Shown piece after piece: positions 17,551 through 25,623 of a stretch of 28,491 bases of DNA. How positions within the stretch are numbered: the stretch's first letter is position 1; each line of letters starts with the position of its first letter. The stretch covers positions 1-28,491 of IMG/VR virus record IMGVR_UViG_3300048855_000202; one strand, given 5' to 3'. The position numbers and the translations under genes were made by a program. This stretch comes from a virus (taxonomy: Duplodnaviria > Caudoviricetes). The notes under the pieces were generated by a model that saw only the letters and a list, made by a program, of their open reading frames with translations, was not told the origin of the DNA and ran no database searches.

Positions 17551-18651
17551 TCAATGGATGTCATCTATACTGCTCACTTCGTCTGCTGCCGGCGGGCTGC
17601 GGCTTCGCGCCGGCATGAGCGCCAGGGGCACCAGACAGCCCGGGGAACCGGGAGGCGGCCCCCAGTGAGCAGCCCATTCGCCGCCGCGCGCGTGCAGCGT
17701 AAGCATCTGCTGCCAGCGAGCGTCTGTGAAGGTTTTCGGATCCTGCGCTGGAGCCGGCGCCTTGATTGCTTGGTCATCGGGCTCGTCGGCATATTCGCCA
17801 TCGTTCAGCCATGTCGCTGGATACGGGATGAATTTCCGATCGGCTGCGGTTCGCTTCGCCCATTCCGCTGCAAATAGCTTGGTGCGGACCAGCAGATCTT
17901 CTTCGGAAATCCGCCCACTTGCGATCACTCGAGCGTAGGCGCGCAATGCTGCGTCGGGCTTCTTCTTTTTCGGGTAAGCCAAATACCAATCGCCAAAGCC
18001 AGCAGGCGCACCAGCGCGAGAGCGCGTATTCTTTCTTTTCTTATTTAAACCTTCTTCTAGTTGCTGCCCATTTTTCGAAGTTGGTCTGCCCTTTGGTTCG
18101 CCCTTTGGCTGGTCTTTTGGTTCGCCCTTTTCCGCGTTAGGGAAGAGCGTTTGGCCTTCGAAACAAGGCTCGTCGACTGTTTTTGGTTCGCCCATTGGCT
18201 TGCCTAAAGGCAGGCCTGATGGCGTGTCTGTTTTTTCGGAATGGTCTGCCCCACTACTGCCCGTTGGTCTGCCTGCGACCAGCTCACCGAACTGATAGTC
18301 GTCGTATTTGCAGATAGTTATGATGGCGGATGGTTGGCCCGATGGTTTGCCCGCGTGGCGTGAGATGCGTCCATCAGCTTCCAAACGATCGAGGAATGTC
18401 CGCACGGCCTTCTCCGACGACCACCCCCATGCCTGCAGCATGAAGGCCTTACTGTGCGCCAGTTGGCCGCGCTCCAGCGACACGACTGTCGCGCCGCGCC
18501 CGTTGCCAACGTTTACCTTGCGCGGTTTCCACGCGGCTTCGGCGATCAGCCATTGCCATGCCTCACGACGCGAGAACGGGTCGGCACCGAAGAACGGGTC
18601 CTCGCGGTCCATCAGTCTCCGGCTAACGGCGAATACCCCGTGCTTTGTCAT
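17551..18651 (-). CDS. Phage replication initiator (lambda O / DnaD-like)
   Basis: ATGA-coupled to dnaB; FSRREAWQWLIAEAAW...LERGQ...WGWS..VRTFL..L...ITICKYDDYQ N-terminus; YPKK and FIPYPATWLN C-terminal motifs; internal iterons. Confidence 0.88.
   Translation of the reverse strand: MTKHGVFAVSRRLMDREDPFFGADPFSRREAWQWLIAEAAWKPRKVNVGNGRGATVVSLERGQLAHSKAFMLQAWGWSSEKAVRTFLDRLEADGRISRHAGKPSGQPSAIITICKYDDYQFGELVAGRPTGSSGADHSEKTDTPSGLPLGKPMGEPKTVDEPCFEGQTLFPNAEKGEPKDQPKGEPKGRPTSKNGQQLEEGLNKKRKNTRSRAGAPAGFGDWYLAYPKKKKPDAALRAYARVIASGRISEEDLLVRTKLFAAEWAKRTAADRKFIPYPATWLNDGEYADEPDDQAIKAPAPAQDPKTFTDARWQQMLTLHARGGEWAAHWGPPPGSPGCLVPLALMPARSRSPPAADEVSSIDDIH
18029..18353. repeat. Putative phage replication origin: 12-bp iterons and an AT-rich tract
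   Basis: TTGGTYYGCCCN-like units at 18081, 18093, 18105, 18117, 18183, 18195, 18241, 18264, 18330 and 18342; AT-rich tract at 18029-18060. Confidence 0.75.
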
Positions 18652-20074
18652 GACCACCTCGCGGCGGTGCTCAGAGCGTTGCAGCCGGCATCGAAGAACA
18701 GATCGACGGTGCATGTCGGTCCATTGCGATTCTTCGCGATTGCGGCCTCCAGCTTGTTCTGCACCTCGACCAGCCGATCGAGCCGGGCGAGATCCTTGGC
18801 GTCGTCGTCGATCTTGTCCTTGAGGTAATAGGCCTCCCGGTACAGGAAGATGATGAGGTCGGCATCCTGCTCGATGGCGCCAGATTCACGAAGGTCGGAT
18901 AGGCCCGGCCGCTTGTTGTCACGGGCCTCAACCTGCCGAGACAGCTGCGCCAGCGCCAGCACAGGAACGCCCAGTTCCTTCGCCAACGCCTTCAAGCCTG
19001 CGGATATCTCAGTCACCTCGTTGACGCGCTGACCGGCATAGCGGTTGGACGCGGACATGATGTGCATGTGGTCGACGATGAGGAGGCCAAGGGCCTTCCC
19101 TTTTCGCTCCAATACCTGATTGTGCTTCCGCGCTCGCGTTGCGATCTGCGACAGCGCCAGGCCGCCCTGTACTTCAATAGACAGCGGTCTGTCTGCAAGT
19201 CGTCGTCGCGCATCGATCACGCGATTGGCCTGCCCCGGCGTCAGGGTGCCTCGAGCGATCGATTCGTAAGTGATCGGATCGCGGTGCTCGAAGCACAGCT
19301 CGCCAGGATGCGATCAGCTAGGCTGACCTCGCCCATTTCAAGGGAGAAATACAGGGTCGGCACATCGTCGAACGCCGCGGCACGAGCGATGCTGACGGCA
19401 ACGCCGCTTTTGCCCATCCCAGGACGGCCTGCGAGGATAATGAGATCGCCGGGCTGCAGCCCCCCGGTCTTCATGTCCAGGTCTTGAACGCCGGTCGATA
19501 CGCCGGATATTCGCCCCATGTTCTGCATGCCGGTCTGCATGCGCTGCAGCGATCGTTCAGCGGCGTCGTAGATGTTAATGCGAGCCGTGCCCCGATCCGG
19601 CTTTACCGTGCATTCATCGATGATATCGATAGCGATGTTGGCGCATTCCGCAGGCGGCATGTCGCTTCGAGCGTTGATCAGCATCGTTTCGGCCGCGTCG
19701 ATCAGCTTCCTGCGCGCGCTCAAGGTGCCAATGGTCCGGGCATAATCTGGCGCGTTGACGACCGTCGTCGCCGATCTGGCAAGCTGCGCAGCATATTGCG
19801 CTACCGTCATGTTGAAGGCGGTGACGACGATCTCGCCAGCGGCGCCCAAGGCGAGCATCGCCAGTTTGTAATCCAGCCGATGTCCGGCGGCGTGCTCGTG
19901 CTGGAACTGTTGCCAGAGAAATTGGTGGAGTGGTTCGAAGAAATCCGCCGGAACAAGCGGCTGCTTTCGCTCGATGACGTCGAACGCATCCTGATTGGTG
20001 ATGACAGCACCGATCACGGCCTGTTCAGCCTCGATCGAATGAGGCGGCGTGGGCGCTTCAGGCGGAAAGATCAT
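18648..20074 (-). pseudogene. dnaB: Replicative DNA helicase split by a 1-nt deletion near 19302 (real lesion or sequencing error)
   Basis: PHSIEAEQAVIG, LAGRPGMGKS and FSLEM in the first ORF; IVDHM, LAQLSR, SDLRESGAIEQDAD and KNRNGP in the second; about 475 aa when joined. Confidence 0.93.
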
Positions 20075-20280
20075 CGTTGCTCCGACGGCTTTCCGTGGAC
20101 CGCTTCTCTCAGGTCGCGATCAGGAACGAACTCCGCCATGAACGCGCTCCATGCCCGGCCAGCTTGTATGCCGAGATCGAGATCCCGCGGGCCGGCATCC
20201 ATCGCGCGGTCCCGCGCTTCGATGAATTCGCGCCAAAGCCGCTCGGGGCGTGTTTCAAGGCGCTGAAGCTGCTGTGACAT
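20071..20280 (-). CDS. Phage hypothetical protein
   Basis: GGAGG RBS; ATGA overlap with the dnaB start. Confidence 0.7.
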   Translation of the reverse strand: MSQQLQRLETRPERLWREFIEARDRAMDAGPRDLDLGIQAGRAWSAFMAEFVPDRDLREAVHGKPSEQR

Positions 20281-20477
20281 CAAAGCCGCCCTCCAGAAGA
20301 ACCGATTGTTTCGGATTCGATCGTCGGATCAATCCACAACGCCAAATCCTCAGCCCATTTCGCCGAGTGATTGCCGATCCGCAGGAAGCCGCGGGCCACC
20401 GAGCGCCGGATCCGTCGCTTCGAGAAGCCGTTCCAGACGGGCGATTCTAGTACGGAGCGCAGCCAATTCATCGACAT
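20280..20477 (-). CDS. Possible small overlapping gene
   Basis: 65 aa; stop is TGATG-coupled to the next gene; overlaps the upstream gene in another frame. Confidence 0.4.
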   Translation of the reverse strand: MSMNWLRSVLESPVWNGFSKRRIRRSVARGFLRIGNHSAKWAEDLALWIDPTIESETIGSSGGRL

Positions 20478-20742
20478 CCGCTTTCTTCTCTTGGCGCTGA
20501 TCGACCAGCGCTCGTAAATACTCGACCTCGTCCGCCCGGATGCGCACGCGCGGGTCTCGGTACCAGACGTCTTTGATACGAGACGCCGTCCAGTCCTTGA
20601 CCTCGCGCCCTAGCCTGCGCAGCACGGCCTTCTTGGACTCGTCAGCGCGGCGATTGCCGGCGACTTGTCGCAAAAGGCTTGATGCTTCGTTCAGCAGCAG
20701 CTCACTCATTTTGTCCGACCGAATTTCGGATTTTTCCGACAT
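20350..20742 (-). CDS. Putative regulator in the cII position
   Basis: HTH-like segment LRRLGREVKDWTASRIKDVWYRD and a coiled-coil tail; first gene after cro. Confidence 0.7.
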   Translation of the reverse strand: MSEKSEIRSDKMSELLLNEASSLLRQVAGNRRADESKKAVLRRLGREVKDWTASRIKDVWYRDPRVRIRADEVEYLRALVDQRQEKKADVDELAALRTRIARLERLLEATDPALGGPRLPADRQSLGEMG

Positions 20743-20744
20743 CA

Positions 20745-21025
20745 CCTGTGTCCCTATGTCTGGGACAGGAGACGCTACGCACGACAACGCGAACTAAAGA
20801 ACGACCAGGCAGCGCGCCGCCAGGGTTTGGCGACAACGACGGCGACTGCTGATGCAAAAAGATTTTGTGAGAGAGCGCGCACATGAGGAAGGCTCAAAGC
20901 TGAGCCGTCCGAAATCAGGTCCCAGATTTCTGACCTGCGGCACACGCCGGCGGTCAAATGAAGGTTGCCTGCAGGGTTCGCCCCGGCCCTACCAGGCGCA
21001 CAAGGGCGAGCGGGCGCGGGCAACC
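20745..21025 (-). promoter_or_regulatory. Structured intergenic element between cro and the cII-position gene
   Basis: Stems at 20963-20969/21019-21025, 20931-20956, 20911-20930, 20891-20906 and 20745-20769. Confidence 0.55.
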
Positions 21026-21088
21026 CCGCCGCGTCTGCTCGCCGCTGTGCACGAATGGAGAACTGAATGAGAGTGCGATCCGATGCCA

Positions 21089-21469
21089 TCACCCCTCCGC
21101 CTCGCGTGCGATTGCGCGCTGCTGACGTCCGGACGGTCGCTGCGATTCTGCGATATCAGGAGTGGGATCGGGAGATGATCCGACTGCATGGGCCGATGTA
21201 TCATCGGAAGTTGGGTTATCCAGTGCAGTAGATTTTTCACACCAAGGCAAATCCGGGCGTAGTTTCTCTTTCGGAATCGCTCCACCTGTAGCTCGATCAA
21301 TTCGGATCGCCATTTCTGCAGAAGTCCGCCCTGAGCGTTTTGCGCTCCAGATCGCGTTCTGCGAGTATCCTGTTGCGCGTGCGAGTTTAGTTTCCGAGCC
21401 GCCGCAGAGGATAGCGGCTGCTTCCAAAAGGATGACAGTAGTGCGTGAGGCGATGCGCATATGTGTCAT
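21089..21469 (-). CDS. Cro-like (YdaS-type) HTH regulator
   Basis: GSETKLARATGYSQNAIW...AIRIDRATGGAIPKEKLRPDL; divergent from the repressor. Confidence 0.88.
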   Translation of the reverse strand: MTHMRIASRTTVILLEAAAILCGGSETKLARATGYSQNAIWSAKRSGRTSAEMAIRIDRATGGAIPKEKLRPDLPWCEKSTALDNPTSDDTSAHAVGSSPDPTPDIAESQRPSGRQQRAIAREAEG

Positions 21470-21470
21470 T

Positions 21471-21520
21471 CAACACACTTACAGGCAAAGTTCAACACAT
21501 TTTTGGTGTTATACGCCCGT
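21471..21520. promoter_or_regulatory. Putative OR operator/promoter region
   Basis: Palindrome AACAC-N7-GTGTT at 21504-21520 and half-site CAACACAC at 21471, between cro and cI. Confidence 0.65.
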
Positions 21521-21543
21521 CATTAAATGTGTCAGAAAGAGCC

Positions 21544-22209
21544 ATGCAACAGCCCGCGATCATGCCCGGAGACGAAATTCGTAAATGGCGGGAGACATTT
21601 GGCTGGTCTCAGGCTGAATTGGCTCGCCGCGCAAATACGAATCAGCAAACCGTGGATAGGATCGAGCGCGGACTAACCAAACACTCTCGATCAGCTGGAG
21701 CAATCACCGAGGTCATTCGGAAACACTTCGATGTATTGGAAGGCAGGCTGACCCGTTCCGGGGACATTATAAAGGCGAACTATAAGCTGAAGGCCTCCCC
21801 AGTGCCTACTCTTGAGCATTCTTTTCCGGTTTTTATATACGAAAATAATACAGTTTTTGGATTAGCTCAATATAGTCAGATACCTACGGCTTTTGTAGAC
21901 AATCCAGGTGACTACGCAATTCAGGTCTTTGCAGACGATCTTCCGCTTGGGGTCCAGAGAAACGATTATCTATTCTTTGATAACCGAGCTCCGGTCGAGC
22001 TGGGCCGCTTCGTTTTTTGTTTTAAGCATGCCCGCCCAAACTGGCGATTTGTGCTCGGCGTGCTCGTCGAGGAAAATGCGGAGACACTAGTCGTCAAGAC
22101 CAGCTCGACGAGCGGCGCAAAAGAAATAATATCTAGAGACGATTTTCATGTGACTAGCGCGATTAGCATATTTAGCCTGCGTGCGCCCCTCGCGGAAAGC
22201 TCTATATAA
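21544..22209 (+). CDS. CI-like repressor (XRE HTH plus degenerate S24-like domain)
   Basis: IRKWRETFGWSQAELARRANTNQQTVDRIERG; C-terminal S24-like scaffold; start at 21544 or 21562. Confidence 0.88.
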   Translation: MQQPAIMPGDEIRKWRETFGWSQAELARRANTNQQTVDRIERGLTKHSRSAGAITEVIRKHFDVLEGRLTRSGDIIKANYKLKASPVPTLEHSFPVFIYENNTVFGLAQYSQIPTAFVDNPGDYAIQVFADDLPLGVQRNDYLFFDNRAPVELGRFVFCFKHARPNWRFVLGVLVEENAETLVVKTSSTSGAKEIISRDDFHVTSAISIFSLRAPLAESSI

Positions 22210-22250
22210 CACATTAGTGTGTTGACATTCGTTGTTGTGTGTGAAAAATG
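22208..22250 (+). promoter_or_regulatory. Putative OL operator and PL promoter
   Basis: Palindrome AACACA-TTAG-TGTGTT at 22208-22223 overlapping a perfect TTGACA at 22222-22227. Confidence 0.7.
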
Positions 22251-22274
22251 CTCTCGATCACACGGGAGCCAGCC

Positions 22275-22607
22275 TTGTCGCAGACAGACACCACCTCCCC
22301 CATCCCAGCAGAAGACCGGCTTCCGACCTTTGCCGAAGTCGACTGCTTTGACGCCAATGCCGCGTGGGATCGCCTCTCACCGACCGAGCAGCGTCGCGTG
22401 GGCATCTTGGCCGTCCGGCTAGGCGTCATGGGCCAGCGCCTGAATTTCGAACACGACGATTTTACGCACCGGCAGGTCCGGCTGCTCGAGTGTCGCGAGA
22501 GCGACGAGCTCAACGCATTTTACGACGCCGTCGAGCCGCTCTGGCAGACGTTGTTCGGCTGGGTCCGCCCTCTTTGGTCGAAGCCCGTCATCAAGCAGGT
22601 GGCGTGA
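22275..22607 (+). CDS. Hypothetical early protein
   Basis: GGGAG RBS then in-frame TTG at 22275 (the track start at 22248 overlaps the putative -10); TGATG coupling to the antirepressor. Confidence 0.7.
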   Translation: MSQTDTTSPIPAEDRLPTFAEVDCFDANAAWDRLSPTEQRRVGILAVRLGVMGQRLNFEHDDFTHRQVRLLECRESDELNAFYDAVEPLWQTLFGWVRPLWSKPVIKQVA

Positions 22608-23350
22608 TGGCATCAGTTCAGAGCCAAATCAGCCCGTTTGGAGCCGCCCCGCCGACGATGTCCAGCCGCGAGATCGCCGATCTGGTGGAAAGCCGTCACG
22701 ACAGCGTTAAGCGAACCATTGAGCGCCTTGCTGAAAAGGGGGTGATTAGGTTCACACCGACGGTGGAGACCTCTCACGAAGGCGCAGGCGCGCGTGACGT
22801 TGAGGTCTACCGCATTGGTAAGCGCGACAGCTACGTCGTCGTGGCTCAGTTGTCTCCGGAATTCACGGCTCGCCTTGTCGATCGATGGCAGGAGCTCGAG
22901 GCTGCGCTGGTTAAGGCTATTCCTTCTAGCTTCGCCGCGGCCTTGCAGCTTGCAGCCGACCAGGCTCGTGAAATCGAGGCACAGCAGAGCCAGATCGCCG
23001 ATCTGTCGCCCAAGGCCAACAAGTACGACGCCTTCGTCAGCGCGGACGGATTGATCGGATACCAGAACGCCGGCCGTGAGCTCGGCTGCCGCCCCCGCAT
23101 GTTCACCGACTGGCTACAACAAAGATTCTGCTTCCATCAGGGCGGCGTCCTGATCCCGCGCCAACAATACGTGTCGGCCGGATACTTCGTCGTCAAAAGC
23201 GAACTCGGCACCGACGACGTTGTCCGGCCCCGCGGCTATGTAACCCCAAAGGGCCTCGACTACCTCGCAGACCATGTCCCGTCGGAAATCGTGGCGATTC
23301 CGCCAGCGGGTTCAACGGGATTACTCCTCTTTAACCGGACGGAGCACTGA
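22607..23350 (+). CDS. Phage antirepressor (Rha N-domain plus ANT/KilAC C-domain)
   Basis: TMSSREIADLVESRHDSVKRTIERL, VVAQLSPEFTARLVDRWQELE, PSSFAAALQLAAD, PKANKYDAFV, VTPKGLDYL. Confidence 0.93.
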   Translation: MASVQSQISPFGAAPPTMSSREIADLVESRHDSVKRTIERLAEKGVIRFTPTVETSHEGAGARDVEVYRIGKRDSYVVVAQLSPEFTARLVDRWQELEAALVKAIPSSFAAALQLAADQAREIEAQQSQIADLSPKANKYDAFVSADGLIGYQNAGRELGCRPRMFTDWLQQRFCFHQGGVLIPRQQYVSAGYFVVKSELGTDDVVRPRGYVTPKGLDYLADHVPSEIVAIPPAGSTGLLLFNRTEH

Positions 23351-23353
23351 CCC

Positions 23354-23542
23354 ATGCAGACATCTAAGAATATGGCCAATCTGCTCGCCGTGTCCGGCTG
23401 CGACCTGGGCGACGAGCGCGAGGTTCTGCGCGTCCTGCAGCGTGCCGAGTTCGGCGCCGGCACGATCGTGGCTCATTGCGACACCGCTACCGAGCTGGCT
23501 CGCGTCATTCGCGCGAACAGCAACAAGCTGGCGGTGTCGTGA
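23354..23542 (+). CDS. Hypothetical protein
   Basis: GGAG RBS; TGATG coupling to the next gene. Confidence 0.7.
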   Translation: MQTSKNMANLLAVSGCDLGDEREVLRVLQRAEFGAGTIVAHCDTATELARVIRANSNKLAVS

Positions 23543-23760
23543 TGAACGCTCCCACAGTGTCCCTTCCCGACCTCACCAAGCTGACAGCCGAGAATGTCGC
23601 GCTCCGAAAAGCCTGCCGGCATGCGCGGACCGATCTCGAAGCAATCATCCCCACTGTTGAAGCAGCATTGCCGGGCGTTCCAGCATCCGGACTGCGCCAT
23701 ACGTTGGGGCTGATCCACCGTGCGCTCGCGCTGACACTACCAAGCGACGGCGGACTTTAA
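23542..23760 (+). CDS. Hypothetical protein
   Basis: Coupled start MNAPTV at 23542. Confidence 0.65.
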   Translation: MNAPTVSLPDLTKLTAENVALRKACRHARTDLEAIIPTVEAALPGVPASGLRHTLGLIHRALALTLPSDGGL

Positions 23761-23797
23761 CCGCAGCAATCCAATCATCGCGACAACTCATAGGGGT

Positions 23798-24277
23798 ATG
23801 ACAATGTACACCGCGACCGCAGAACAGACCGCCGACGTGATCACTCCGAACTTCGGTGCAGGCGCCGAAAAGGTCGTCCCGCCGCGAGCGACACCCTCCC
23901 AGCGCCGCCGCCAGCATGCTGACCATAAGCTGATCGAGCTGTGCATCGATTTCACGGCGAACATGGCTGCTGCGGACGGGGCATTCAAAGCGGATCCGAG
24001 CGGCAACAGCGATTTTGCTGCGGCTTCGGACAACCTGTATCGCGCTCGCGCTAACCAAGCACTATCCAAGGCGACCAGACTGAAGGCTCAGACGGCAGAC
24101 GGCATACGTTCTAAGGCCGCCGTTTCTGAAGTGATCTACACCTGGCTCAGAATGTTTACGTGCGAGCCGGAGCATACGGCGTTCCTCGCCTCGTTTACCT
24201 CTGATGTAATTCGGTTCCAAGAGACACTGCTTCACCAACATATCTCTAACCAGAAATTCCAGGAAGCTCGCGCGTAG
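23798..24277 (+). CDS. Hypothetical protein
   Basis: 159 aa; ADHKLIELC...A.T..GIRSKA pattern recalled from Rhizobiales phage early proteins. Confidence 0.75.
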   Translation: MTMYTATAEQTADVITPNFGAGAEKVVPPRATPSQRRRQHADHKLIELCIDFTANMAAADGAFKADPSGNSDFAAASDNLYRARANQALSKATRLKAQTADGIRSKAAVSEVIYTWLRMFTCEPEHTAFLASFTSDVIRFQETLLHQHISNQKFQEARA

Positions 24278-24343
24278 ACGTGAAGTTTTTGATCCGCGGA
24301 TATTTGCGGAGCGTGATCGGCGCGTCCGATCGGGGTAACTTCA

Positions 24344-25174
24344 ATGCTTGACGTTCTTTCTTTCAGCTCGACATCTGCTCGCTCGGTTAGTGTTGGCCGT
24401 GAACGCGACACCGCCACCACATCGGCGCCGCCGGTTATCGTTGGGGAAACGGCTCAGGATGAGACGGTTTTTCCGCCTTCCATCTTCGGCAAGTTGCCGG
24501 CCTGCTTTGATCTTGCTCGCACCGAAATTCACGCTCTTGGCTTCTGGCTTCGGAAGGCAATGGCCTTCGTAGACAACCTTCCCACGTTCCCCGAGCCAGA
24601 GGCCGACAACGAGGCTATGGCCCAGGGCATGGATACGGTCATGCGAATATTCGAAGCTATCAAAGGTCTCTCGCCCAATACACCGTCCGGCGCTGCTCTA
24701 CAGCTGAAAGCCATCTCGGAGTTCGTTGACTGGCATTATCGTTCAATCGATTCGGAGACATACAACGGACCGATCGAAGAAATTAGCGCAGACGAGTTTC
24801 GGCATCTTGCGACGAACCTCGGCGCCGCCGTCAGATCCGACGATCCCACGAAGCTCGTCGGTCCTTTGACTAAGGGGCGGAAGCTAACACGCGCCGGCTT
24901 GCTGCACCGTTATCACGCCTTCCTGGTCGGCGAGCTTGAAACGCTTAGCTGGAATCTCTACGGCTCCCGCGATTATGCGATGCAGTATCGGCCGCGGGAT
25001 TCCGCCGTTTCCGCCCGCGTTACCAACAGGTATGGCGACGGTCCGAATGTGGACCGCCGGAAAACCTACCCCTTTTTCGATGAAAGCCGGCTGTCAATCA
25101 GAGCCCGTACCGTATTGGGGAGTCTCGACATCGACACAGAGCGAGACGAAGACGCCACCCGGAAGCAAGGGTGA
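24344..25174 (+). CDS. Hypothetical protein
   Basis: 276-aa ORF in the early operon; start uncertain. Confidence 0.7.
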   Translation: MLDVLSFSSTSARSVSVGRERDTATTSAPPVIVGETAQDETVFPPSIFGKLPACFDLARTEIHALGFWLRKAMAFVDNLPTFPEPEADNEAMAQGMDTVMRIFEAIKGLSPNTPSGAALQLKAISEFVDWHYRSIDSETYNGPIEEISADEFRHLATNLGAAVRSDDPTKLVGPLTKGRKLTRAGLLHRYHAFLVGELETLSWNLYGSRDYAMQYRPRDSAVSARVTNRYGDGPNVDRRKTYPFFDESRLSIRARTVLGSLDIDTERDEDATRKQG

Positions 25175-25179
25175 CGTGG

Positions 25180-25623
25180 ATGCCCCGCAAGGCCCGAGAT
25201 CATCTGGTCCGTGTCCGGGCGCGCCCACGCCCCCAGGACTGGGCTGACGACGACAGCATGACTCTAATCGAGGCCGTAGCGGTCTTTTTCCCGCACGGCC
25301 CCCTCACATTGTCGTCTTTTCGGACCGAGATCGCTGCCGGCCGGCTTGAAGTCGCGCGCGTGGCGGGCAAAGATTTGACGACCCCACGTGCAATCAGGAA
25401 GCTGGTGACCCCATGCCAGGCAGGAAAGCCAAACCGCCTCGCCTCTGGTGCCGGCCAGACGATGGAACCTGGGTCATCCTCGATCGAGGACGGCAAGTCC
25501 GCACAGGCTTCAGCCGCACTGAAACTGAGGGGGCTGCGCGCGCGCTCGAAACCTACCTCGGCACGCGACACAAGCCCACAATTGGCACCCGTGATCCCGC
25601 TGCGCTCGCCGTCGCTGACGTAA
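25180..25623 (+). CDS. Excisionase-like winged-helix protein
   Basis: MTLIEAVAVFFPHGPLTLSSFRTEIAAGRLEVARVAGKDLTT; directly upstream of and overlapping int; start at 25171 or 25180. Confidence 0.8.
   Translation: MPRKARDHLVRVRARPRPQDWADDDSMTLIEAVAVFFPHGPLTLSSFRTEIAAGRLEVARVAGKDLTTPRAIRKLVTPCQAGKPNRLASGAGQTMEPGSSSIEDGKSAQASAALKLRGLRARSKPTSARDTSPQLAPVIPLRSPSLT

Noticed and set aside
18081-18353. Repeats as a CRISPR array or DGR template
   Set aside because: 12-bp degenerate units without unique spacers; no cas operon or reverse transcriptase in the window
19484-20266. 260-aa plus-strand ORF
   Set aside because: Antisense to dnaB and its upstream gene
20775-21092. 105-aa minus-strand ORF coupled to the cro stop
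   Set aside because: Composition is not protein-like and the region is dominated by hairpins; a leader-peptide role is not excluded
22364-22606. 81-aa N-terminal extension of the antirepressor in the ORF track
   Set aside because: Overlaps the upstream gene; TGATG coupling supports a start at 22607
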